Positions 27,301-49,122 of a stretch of 64,000 nucleotides of DNA are shown piece after piece. The notes below the pieces were generated by a model. It was not told the DNA's origin and searched no databases. It was given only the letters and a program-made list of their open reading frames with translations. The first letter of the stretch is position 1, and every line of letters starts with the position of its first letter. This DNA comes from the human T2T-CHM13v2.0 reference genome, Homo sapiens. Location: assembly GCF_009914755.1 (NCBI RefSeq), contig NC_060932.1; one strand, written 5' to 3'. The position numbers were made by a program, and so were the translations under genes.

Positions 27301-27545
27301 TTGACCAGTAACTATGTTTTTATAAATCTACTGTACAAATTATACAGAGTTTAAGATTTAAGATACAGCTTCTAAGGTCAACGCTGTATATAAGTGTATA
27401 ATTTTTAAAAAAGATTTTGTACATGGAAATTTTCTATTTATATATATAATATTTTTTACTTCTATATATTGAGAGTATTTAGTATACTTTTATATAAATA
27501 AAGACAACTGGTAATTGCTGAAAAAAAACAAAAATAATAAAACCA
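24362..27545 (+). pseudogene. F3: Processed pseudogene (retrocopy) of coagulation factor III / tissue factor, split by an L1 at 25412-26826
   Basis: From 24511 it reads (CTG)ATPAWAWVPRPETALAQMLLL...[45 protein letters not shown]...[26 protein letters not shown]...[30 protein letters not shown], colinear with tissue factor. No introns at the F3 exon junctions. An F3-like 5'UTR lies upstream and an F3-like 3'UTR at 26834-27520, with AATAAA at 27497-27502 and a poly(A) remnant at 27521-27543. ATG is lost, there is an in-frame stop at 24643-24645, and several frameshifts. Confidence 0.92.
25412..26826 (-). mobile_element. L1PA (about L1PA7/8) with 5' inversion, inserted in the F3 retrocopy 3'UTR
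   Basis: (TTTA)n tail, reverse 3'UTR and ORF2 to 26654, then sense-oriented ORF2 at 26653-26827. TSD cagaact at 25405-25411 and 26827-26833. Confidence 0.92.
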
Positions 27546-27807
27546 TGTCAAATACAGTCAGGTACCAAATAAAGATAACCATTATCTCCATTATTTTTCA
27601 ACAAATTTGATGAGTTCCAGCAAATACAGGTAAATAAAAAATTGAAATTTCTTTTAGAAATATTAAAGAGAGCCCTAAGTTGGAGGGTTGCGGGGGATAT
27701 GCCAGGGAATTTTTTTTTCTATTCCTACTTTTCTTAGAGTTTTCATTAGGAATTGCTGCTCAATTTGACCAAACATCCTTTCAGAATCTTTAATTGAAGG
27801 GAGAAAC

Positions 27808-27825
27808 ATGTATATATGTATATAT

Positions 27826-27856
<31 letters not shown>

Positions 27857-27885
27857 CACACATATATATGTACACACACACATAC
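27808..27885. repeat. (TA)n/(CA)n microsatellite within old L1 remnants
   Basis: Alternating TA and CA runs. Confidence 0.85.
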
Positions 27886-30800
27886 AACTTGTTGAGGAAA
27901 TTAATTATATTCATAATAATTCATGGATATTTATTCAGGATTTCTCTTTTGAAATAAAGACCACTTGCTCATAGCAAAATTTCATTTCTCACTTGCTGAA
28001 TTCCATATGCTAATACTGTATTCAAAATACAGTATTGGCATATGTATTTATATTAATAATTGTCTCGTTTATTTTATTTATACTACCACATCTGCCTTTA
28101 TTTTTAATTTTCATTTAAATTTACTTTAATAAAATGGTTTGAAGATACATGATTTTCTACTGGAATCATCTCTTCTTTAAGAATTAGATAAAACTCAGTT
28201 TTATCACTCTGTTCCTGATGCTTTTTCAAAGTAGAACTTTTATCAATTGTAAAATTTAAATTAACTTTATTAATGGATCTTGAGCTACTCATTTGGCCAC
28301 ATAACAATCAAAAGAAAAAAGAAAATGTTGCTTGAATCATTGAGGAAATCATCTTGGAATTACAAAAAATGCTGAAGTAGTGTTTCCATAGCCACGTGAA
28401 CTACCTAATAATGTATTTTACTTCAATTAGTTTAACTCAGAATGATATGTCTCTTTATACACTTTTATTACATAAAATCTTGTTTTAATTGAGTCTTTGA
28501 AAACAATGAATTATTTTCAGTCATAGCCTTAAATATTGTCATTACCTTAAATAAGTACAATTTTATCAAATGTTTCAATATTCTTTTCTAACTAAAATAG
28601 GTGGCTCTTTTCTATATTGAAATTCAGTGATTTATTATTATTGTATTATGATTAGTTTCACTAAGATTTGTTATTTTTATTAGAGCTGAGAGCTGAAACT
28701 GCATTCTTAATTGTAATAAATAATTATCAAAATCAAACATTATTGCATAATTATACATTATTTTAGGCTGAAATTTTAGGAATTGTGAAATTTTAGGAAT
28801 TCTGAAATTTTAAACTATTCATAGTTCTTTCTTTCATCATATAACCAGATGGACCTTCTTGTTGGGACTTTTCATTTTAAACGACATAAAATTTAGACTA
28901 GAAATGCCTATTGAAAGATTCCTATGTCATTTCTACATATTTATGAAGTATTTTTAAAAATTAAAATGCAGAAAAAAATAATAAAGTGAATGAATACATA
29001 CAATGCCTCCCCAGGAACATCACATTACCTTCCTTGAACTATTATGTTGATGATAATCTGACTCCCCATCCCTAATGTGATGTATTTCTAGCTTTTCCAG
29101 CTCTGTCCTGTATCCTGTGGTTGCAGCAACCAAGATGAGAGCTGATGTGACTCAATCATGTCAAATTCTTTTTTTTTTTTTTTTGAGTTATTTCCTCCAC
29201 GTTCCCAATTATATTTGACTTCACATAGTTGATTAACCCACTACTTCCAAAAGTTATGTGATAAGGTTTTCTTAGATGCAGCTCTATACCCTACTTTCCA
29301 GCTGGGTAATTTCTGCTGCTACACTTGATTTACTTTCCAATCCAACAGTAACAGCTCTTGTGAATATTACAGACTCATTTCTTGCTCAAATGCTTCTCTC
29401 TTAAGAAGGCCTTATCTCCTGCCCATGGCTAGCAACTGCCATGACCCTGTGAGCAATCTGCAGTTGTGAATGTATATACCTGCAGGAAACCACAGAAGGG
29501 CAGTATGCTCCCTCACCCTGCCACCAGAAGACTCCTCTGGAAACATGAATGTGCTGGTAGACACACAAATGGCAGGAGGACTCCCTAACACTGGCATGAA
29601 AGCCTTTACATTACCGTTTCAACCAAAGCTGTCACCCAGTAGTTCCTGTAAAAAGCCAAGTTCTTATTTTTCCTTCAGTTCGTAAATGACTGCATAAAAA
29701 AAGATACATTTATTTGGTTTCCACGTATAGTCAGTATTTTAGAGTGAACAGTAAAGTGTGTTATAGTTTCTAGATTAGCCTAGTTATTTTATCTGTAAAG
29801 TGACCTGTTTCAAAATCAACCCTCAAAGTCATGTTTAAGATCCTTTTCAGATAGGATCCAGAATAAGAAAATAATTTACTATGTCAAGTGGGATGAGTCC
29901 AATATCTAAGTGACCGTTTTCCATCATTGTTACTGGCGGGCAGAAATACGTCAATCTGACTCTCTTAAGATCAAAATCTTACTTGATTCCCTGACATCAT
30001 ATGAGGCCAGTTAACTATGATCCTCACAAGCTAATCTTCCTGCCCTTGCTGTCTGTGAAGGGAGGTGTGTGCGTGTTTCCTGATGTGTGCTTAAAATATG
30101 CCTAGACAAAGCAGCAGTGCCCTCTTTTTATCAATTAAAAGCAAGCTCAGCTATGGGTATCCTTGGCTTTATATTGCAGAGCAGTGGCAGGTAGCTAAAT
30201 TCCTCCTTAGAATCTCATAGACGTTAGAATGGCCTCCAAGAGGAAACCAGAAAGGGCAAAGAACCAAAAAATGTTGTATGAACTTTTCTTCTTAATAGAT
30301 GAATGGAACTTAAGAGCTTTCAGTTCATGAACTGAGTCATTAGATTTGTAGTGGTTTTAATATTAAACACATAAATATCTATTTGAATTTAATTTCTCTT
30401 TTCTATTCTTATTGATTGTCACCATTTATCAACCCTCTTGCTTGGGTACTCATCTATAGCAGTTTGAGAGAATAACTGTGCTAATACTTTATCTGATTAA
30501 AATTCACAACATTTTATTTGAATTATGAAATATGAGTGAAAGTAAAAAGGACAACTGGATTTATTGGTTATTTCTTATTTGGCAGGAATAATTCGTTCAT
30601 TATTATTCAAGATATAGAACCTGTATTTTCCAACCTGACAGTATCAGTCTGATATAATATGCATTTAAAGCATAGAAGAAAAATTGAAAAAAAAAAAACA
30701 CTGTCTCAATCCTATTCCCTGAAAAGATTAATAAGCCTGCATTAATTAAGAAATGTGTATTTGTCAAAGACTTAAAATTATGATTACACAGATACTCATA

Positions 30801-31269
30801 AGTGACCTTATATTTTAAAAACTCATTATCTCTTTAGGGTGAGATTTTATTATTGTTTAACGTTCTTATATTTTTCACTTATACTTGAAAAAAACTTTAA
30901 GATTGAAGCACAAATATAAAGCTTTAAAAGTAAAGCAACTGCCCAGTGCCTATTTCATAGGCAACCATATTTAACCAATACATGTCATATTTTTCCCATA
31001 TCTATACCCATATTTACATATTCCCATATTTATATACTTATTCAAAATTGATTTTCATACCATTATTTCTTTTTGTTTAATCCTAGATATTATCTATTGT
31101 ACACTTAATATAGAATATGAGTACTTAGCTATTTTTTCCACTGCCCCATATATTTTAATTTATCAGAAATTCCCAATAGAGTCACATAATATTGATTATA
31201 TCAATATATAGAGGTTATAATATAATGTCAATACAAATACATAAGCCAAGTTCATAAATTCATTCTAAG

Positions 31270-35464
<4,195 letters not shown>

Positions 35465-36484
35465 ATCTGTGCCATCTTGTCAGGGCCAGAAGTCATTCTA
35501 AATTGGTTTCAAGTAGCCAATTCTTTAATTGCGGTTGAACAAGTTTTCTATGTATTTAACAAGATATATTTCCATGTTTATTAACTGCTTTTTCACTGAT
35601 TATTCTTGTCTCATTTTACATGATAGTTTAAAATTATAAACATATTAATATCTTTTTCAGGTGTGTTTGCTATAAGTAACTCTTCAACTTCTTGTTCTTT
35701 TAATTTTTTTTAAATTTTAAAATTTGCACATGGCTTATATTTTTGGATATGATTCTTGGAGAAATTGAAATTATTTTAACTGGAAGAACTAGACTTACTA
35801 ATTCTGTATTTTAAAAAATGTTGAGAGTTATTGATAATAACAGACTTCAACATTATATTACAACTGATGCTATTGATAATAACAGGTTTGCAGGGGAAAG
35901 AAAAGAAAATATTAAGTAGAATATGTAATGCCTATTTATTTTTTGCAAGAGGATTAGAGTGAATTGGGTCAATTTGCTTTAATCTGAATTAGTACTCTGG
36001 TCAATATTGGCAGAATCAGATTTTTATGCTTTTCGAATCATTTTCTCTTACATCTTAGCTTATTTTATGTTACATAACATATGCTCCAAAGCTTATCCAA
36101 TTTATTGGTGCAAAATAGGTGCTCAACAATTATTAATAATTTACCAATAAATACAGTGACCTGAACATTCTATCTGCCTTTCTGTGGACTTCTTGATTCC
36201 TCATATTGCCTAATATAGAGCATAAACTCAGGAAGACCTCAACAAGTATGAATGGAAGATTCACGTTGTGTATAAACAGGTGATCACAGAATGTGACAAG
36301 AGGATGAACATTGATGGCTCTTACTGCAATGATAAATAATTAGCTCCCTCTATCTTTTATAAAATGTTTCTGAATACTAGGGAAAAATGGAAGGTGGAAG
36401 AAACAACCAATAATTTCAAGGCTTTGCCATCATATAACATGATAAATGTAATGATGATTGTATTCTTTTTATTCTTTTTTTCAG

Positions 36485-36587
36485 GTTCAGGTTCTTCGGA
36501 ATGCTGGAGAAGAAGTGACTCTAACAGTGTCATTTTTAAAAAGAGCACCTGCTTTCCTCAAACTCCCATTGAATGAAGATTGTGCAT
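36485..36587 (+). CDS. SNTG1: Gamma-1-syntrophin internal coding exon (103 bp, PDZ domain C-terminal end)
   Basis: Acceptor ttctttttttcag, donor gtaagc. Encodes VQVLRNAGEEVTLTVSFLKRAPAFLKLPLNEDCA plus one base (phase 0 to phase 1), matching the recalled SNTG1 protein. Confidence 0.95.
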
Positions 36588-37553
36588 GTAAGCATTTATA
36601 AAGAATAGATAAAAGTGCTCACATCATTATAGTTACATAATTATTATTTTGACAATAATTGGTGATTTCTTCTTAAAGTTGAGATTTTTGCCTGACTGTA
36701 AACATTTTTATATTACAAAGTGTTCTACTAACCTTTATGAAAAGGGAACAGATGTTATTTTTCTTGAAGAATAGATTCACCACATTACAGTTTTTTCTAA
36801 CCTACAATTGGAGAAGTATTATTTGTTTTAAAAATAGGCATATCAAATATCATGTATGCATTATGCATGTCTATTAAATTTCATCAGAATATTTGGTGAA
36901 TGTATTTTCTCTAACTAAAAATTAATACTAAACAAGAATATGTGCTTAAGTTATTCTGATGAGAGAAGATGAAAAAAAGCGTTTGCCTTTGAGGGAATGT
37001 ACTAATTTACATAGAACTACTTAAAAAGTTATTTGTCAATTTTATTTTCATGTTCCATTTTCTAAAATGAAATGTATATTATCTAATGCTTTTGCTGAAA
37101 AATTGAAGAATAATATATGTTTCACTGAGACATAATTTGTATGCAATAAAATACAAAGATCTTGCACAGTCGGATCAGTTCTGAAAAGGCACACATTTGC
37201 TTAATCCACTTCTTACAATCATAAAACTGTTCCCAGTAAATAACAGCCCAGAAATGACTACTCACTTACACTCTCTTCTTCATACATTATTTTGCCTCTT
37301 CTAGAACTTTACAGAATGGAATTATACTTAATTTTTTATTCTGGCGTCTTTCATTATGAATAATTTCCTTCAGATTCACTTATTTCTTAGATTCACATAT
37401 TTCTTAGTTTGTTCATTTATATTGCTGTTTATTTTGCTGTTTATTATTCCATTGTATGAATGTACTACATTTATTAATGCATCTTTCTGTTGAAGATACC
37501 AGCACTGTTCCCAGTATTTTGCTATAATAAATAAAGCTGCTGGAAACGTTCTT

Positions 37554-38090
37554 TTATTTAACTTTTATTTTAAGTTCAGGGGTACAAATGCAGGGTTGTA
37601 ACATAGGTAAACTTTTGTCATGGGGGTTCGTTGTACACAAACCAGTTATTGAAATTAGTACCCATTAGTTATTTATCCTGATCCTGTCCCTCCTCCCACC
37701 CTACATCCCACTGAAAGGCCACAGTGTGTGTGGTTCTCCTCTATTTGTCTATGTGTTCTCATCAAATAGCTCTCACTTGTAAGTGAGAATGTGAAGTATT
37801 TGGTTTTCTGTTCCTGTGTTAGTTTGCTAGGGATAATGGCCTCCAGCTCCATCCATCCATGTCCCTGCAGTGGACATGATCTCGTTCTTTTTTATGGTGA
37901 CATAGTATTCCATGGTGTATATGTACAACATTTTTGTTATCCAGTCTAACACTAATAGGCATTTAGGTTGATTCTATGTCTTTACTATTGTGAATAGTGC
38001 TGCAATGAACATACACATGCATGCGTCTTTATAATAGAATGATTTATATGTATTGGGTATATACCATTTGACCCAGCAATCCCATCACTG
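37554..38090 (-). mobile_element. Short L1PA15/16-like 3' fragment with a tiny 5' inversion
   Basis: Reverse 3'UTR (aagttcaggggtaca...taggtaaact). Inverted tip accatttgacccagcaatcccatcactgg at 38063-38091. TSD-like ctggaaacgttctt / ctggaagcttctt. Confidence 0.8.
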
Positions 38091-38216
38091 GAAGCTTCTT
38101 GTATAAGGCTTTTGGCAGTTTTGTAATTTTATTTTATTACAATAAGTACTTAAGAATTGAATTGCTGAGTGACTAGAAAGATGTATAATTAACTTGTTAA
38201 TAAATTGCCGAATTTA

Positions 38217-38500
38217 GGTGGGGTGCAGTGGCCCATGCGTGTAATCCCAGCATTTTGAGAGGCTGAGGCCGGCAGATCACCTAAGCTCAGGAGTTCAAGA
38301 CCAACTTGAACAACATGGCAAAATGCCATCTCTACCAAAAATACAAAAAAACCCCAAAATAGCCAGGCATGGTAGCATGTGCCTGTGGTTCCAGCTACTT
38401 GGGAGTCTGAGGTGAGAGGATGGCTTGAGCCTGGTAGGCTGAGGATGCAGTGAGCTGAGTAAGACCCCATCTCAAAAATAAATAAATAATTAATTAAAAT
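38217..38500 (+). mobile_element. Alu (AluJ-like) with deletion in the right arm
   Basis: Features gaggatggcttgagcc and gaccccatctc. TSD aataaattg...aattt on both sides. Confidence 0.9.
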
Positions 38501-41392
38501 AAATAAATTGTGAAATTTATTTCCAAAGTGAGCATGTTATTTATTGTGGTAAATAACACATAACATAAAATTTACCATCTTTACCATTTTAAGTGTTCAG
38601 AAGAGTAGCCTTAAGTCTATGTACATTATTGCGTAACATATCACCAGAAACTTTTGATATTGCAAAATGGAAATTCTATACCCCTTAAACAATTCCCTAT
38701 TTTCCCCAGACCCACCCACTGGCAAACACCATTGTATTTTGTTTATAAGAATTTGACTACTTTAGACACCTTATGCACTTGGAATAATCCAGTATTTTCT
38801 TTTGGTGATTAGCTTATTTCATTTAGCATAATGTCCTTAAGACTCATCTATGTTGTAGAATAGGACAAAATTTCATTCCTATTTAAGAATGAATAACATT
38901 CTTTCATATGCATATACCACATATTCTTTATTCAGCCCTCAAACAGTGAGCATTTAGATTGGTTCCACATCTTTGTTATTGTGAATAATGCTACAATGAA
39001 CATGAGTGTACAAATATCATTCACAACTCTGCTTTCGGTTATTTTGGATACATACTCAGAAGTGGGATTCCTGGATCATATGTTAATTCTATTTTTAATT
39101 TTTTGAAGAATGACCATACTGTTTTCCATAGTAGCTGCATCATTTTACACTCTTAAGTAACAGGCAAAGCTTCCAATTTCTACATATCCTCACCAGCACT
39201 TCTTATTTTCTGTTTTTTTGCTTTGTTTTGTTTTGGTTTTGATAGTGGCCATTCTAATTGTTGTCAGATGATAATTCACTGTGGTTTTGATTTGAATTTC
39301 CCTGATAATCAGTAATCTTAAGCGTCTTTTCACATATTTATTGGCCATTTGCATATTTTCTTTGAAGACATGTCTATTCAAGTCTACTATCCAGTTTTAA
39401 ATCTGGTTATTTGTTTTGCTGTTGTTGAGTTGTAAGAATTCTTCAGATACTCTGGCTATTAACGTATTACCAGACATATGGTTTGAAAATATTTTCTCCC
39501 ATTTCAAAGGTTGCTGTTTCACTCTGTTGATCATTTTATTTATTTTACAAAATTTTTAATTCTTCTGTAGTCAAGTCTATTTTTGCTTCTAATGCCTGTG
39601 TTTTTGGTGTCATATTCAGAAAATAATTGCCAAATCCAATGTCATAAAGATTTTTCTCTAATTTTTCTGCTAGGATTTTTTACAGCTCAAATCTAATGTT
39701 TAGGTATTTGATTTGTGTTGAGTCAATTTTTATACATAGTATAAGGTAAGTGCCCAACATTCTTTTGCATGAGGATATCCAGTTTTCCCAATATAATTAA
39801 TTGAAGAGAAGACTATTCTTTCCCTATTGTATAACCTTAACATGTTTGTTTAAAATAATTTCATCACATATTGAGGGTTAATTTTGGGATTATTCCGTTC
39901 CATTGTTCTATGTGTCTGCATTAATGCCAGTACCACATTGTTTTTATTATTGCAGCTTTGTAATGTATCTTGAGTTCAGAAAGTGTAAAGCCCCAGCTCT
40001 GTTTTTCTTTCTCAAGAATTTTTGACTATTCAGAATTCGTTGAGGTTTTGTATGAAGTTTAGGATAGTTTTTCTATTTCTGCAAAATAATACCATAGAGA
40101 TTTTGATAGGGATTGCATTGAACCTGTAGATTGCATTGCTTAGCATGAACATTTTAACAATATTAATTCTTCCAGTGTATCAGCATGGGATGTCTTTCTA
40201 TTTATTTGTTTCATCTTTAATTTCTCAATGATATTTTGTGGTTTTCAGTGTAAAGTCTTTAAAATTTTGGGTGAGATTATTCCTAATTATTCTTTTTGAT
40301 GCTATTATCAATAAAATTGTTTTTTTATTGTTAATGGATAGAAACAACTGAATTTTTATGTTGTCTATTCTGCAACTTCCTTAAACTTGTTTATTAGATC
40401 TAACATTTTTGTGTGTGTGTTTAAACTTTAGAGTTTTCTACATATAAGCTCATATCTGCAAACAAAGATAATTTTACTTCTTCATTTGAATTTGGGTGAC
40501 TTTTATTTCTTAGTCTTGCCTAATTGCTTCTGGCTAGAACTTTTGGTTGTATGTTGAATAGAAGACTTGAGAGTGGGCATCCTTGCCTTATTCTTAATCT
40601 TAGAGGGAAAGCTTTCAGTTTTCCATTATTCAGTATAATGTTAGCTATGGGCTTTTTATATATGAATGACCTTTATTATGTAGAGGTAATTTCCTTCTAT
40701 TCCTAGTTTGTAAAATGTATTATGTTTTAAATTGTGAAAATATTGAATTTGGCAAATGCTTTTTTCTTCATCAACTGAGGTGTCTATGTGGGATTTTTTT
40801 TTCTGCCATTCTGTTATTGTGATGTGTTAATTACATAGATAGATTTTTTTTCATGTTGAACCATCCTTGCATTTCAGGAATAAGTCACACTTGATCATGG
40901 TGTATAATCTTTTAAATTTGTAGTTGAATTCAGTTTTTTAGTATCTTTTTGAGGACCTTTGCATTAATATTCATCAGGAATATTGGTTTGTAGTTTTATT
41001 TTTTGTAGTATCTTTGCTTGGTTTCAGTATCTGGGTAATGTTCACTTCAAGCTGGAAACTGCTTTCCCCTCATCAAATTTTTTTGAAAGAGTATGAGAAA
41101 GATCAGTGCTAATTCCTCTTTAAATGCTTGGTAAAGTTCTACAGTAAAACCATCTGGTCATGGGCCCTTCGTATTTTGTGAGGAATTTATTAATGATTCA
41201 ATTTCCTTACTAGTTCTATGTCTGTCTGTATTTTTTGTTTCTTCATAATTGATTGTTGGTATGTCACATATTTCTAGAAGGTTATCTATTTTTTCTAGAT
41301 TATTCAGTTTGTTGGCACATAATTGTCCATATTACTCTTTAACAATCATTTTGGTTTTTGTGGCATCAGTTGTAATGTCTACTATTTCATTT

Positions 41393-41620
41393 CTTTTTTT
41401 TTAATTATACTTTAAGTTTTAGGGTACATGTGCACAACGTGCAGGTTAGCTACATAAGTATACATGTGCCATGTTGGTGTGCTGCACCCATTAACTCATC
41501 ATTTAACATTAGGTGTATCTCCTAATGTTATCCCTTCCCCCTCCCCACACCCCCAAACAAGCCCTGGTGTGTGATGTTCCCCTTCCTGTGTCCATGTGTT
41601 CTCATTGTTCAATTCCCACC
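41393..41620 (-). mobile_element. Very short (about 230 bp) L1PA 3'-end copy inserted at the tail of the full-length L1
   Basis: Poly(T) and reverse 3'UTR up to caattcccacc. Flanked on both sides by ttcatttcttt. Confidence 0.85.
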
Positions 41621-41628
41621 TTCATTTC

Positions 41629-47767
<6,139 letters not shown>

Positions 47768-49053
47768 TGCAATATTTCACTTTTAATTTTTATTTGCATA
47801 TTTTACTTTTTTTTATTAGCCTAGTCAAGGTTTCGTCAATATTGTTGATCTTTTCAATAAACCAACTATTTGCTTAGTTGATTTTCTATACTGTATTTCT
47901 TTTTTCCACTTTATTTATTTCTGCTCTAATCTTTATAATGGCTCTCCTTCTGCTACCTTGGGTTTAGTTTGTTTCTTTTTCTAGTTTTTGAATGGTAAAA
48001 TTTGGTTGCTGATTTGAGGTTTTTAAATTATTTTGCAACATAATGCTTTAAAATACATATGTTTACTGATAAAATTTTCTCTCTTTGTAATGCTTTTGCT
48101 GCATCCCATGAATTTTTGTATGTTGTGTTTCATTTTAATTTGTTGGATATTGTTTAAAATATTTTTAAGTCCCTTGTGATTTCTTTTTGACTTATTGGTT
48201 TTTCAAAACTTCATTGTTTAATTTCCACTCATTTGTGTATTTTTCAGTTCTCTCTCTGCTATTGATTTCCATTTTAATTCCATTGTATCAGAAAAGATAT
48301 TTGATATGATTTCAATCTTCTTAAATTTAATAAGATTTGTTTTGTGACCACATATGTAAACTATTAGGGAGAATATTTTGTGTACACATAAGAAGAATGT
48401 ATATTTTATTATTGTTGAGTGAAGTGTTCTGTATATGTGTTAAGCCAAATTAGTGCTTAGTGTCACACATGTCCTCCATTTTGTTATTCTTTCTGTGTAG
48501 TGGTTCTATAAATTAGTAGCAGTTGAGGACTTAAATGTCATACTATTATTGTGTTGCTGTCTATCCCTTTAATTCTGTCAAAGTTTGCTTCATATATTTG
48601 GATATTTGGCTGTTAGGTGCCTATATATATTTATAATTGTTATATCTTCATGGTGAATTGACAGTTTTACTATTATAAAATATCTTTCTTTGTGAAGGTT
48701 TTTATAGTTAAAGTCTATTTTTGTCTGGAATAAATATGGTCACTCTGCTCCCTTTTATATCATTTGAATGAAATATTTTTCTCTATCATTTCATTTTCAG
48801 CCTGTGCTCATCATTAAATATAAAGAGAGTCTGTAGTTGACAGCATACATAAGCATATCTTGGAGATATTGCCGGTTTAGATCCAGATCAGCAAAATAAA
48901 GGGAATATAGCAATAAAACAAGACACACAAATTATTTGGCTTCTTGTTGCATATAAAAGTTATGCTTATTCTTATATTATAGTCTATCAAATGTTCCATA
49001 ACGGCATTATGTGTAAAAATACACATACCTTAATTTAAAATATTTTATGCTAA

Positions 49054-49091
49054 CTGGGCAGCCATTTGGGCAGACAACAAGCTAGCTGCAG

Positions 49092-49122
<31 letters not shown>

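Noticed and set aside
36364-36576. 70-aa ORF from the ORF track overlapping the SNTG1 exon
   Set aside because: Wrong frame, and it runs through the polypyrimidine tract. The real exon is 36485-36587 in another frame.
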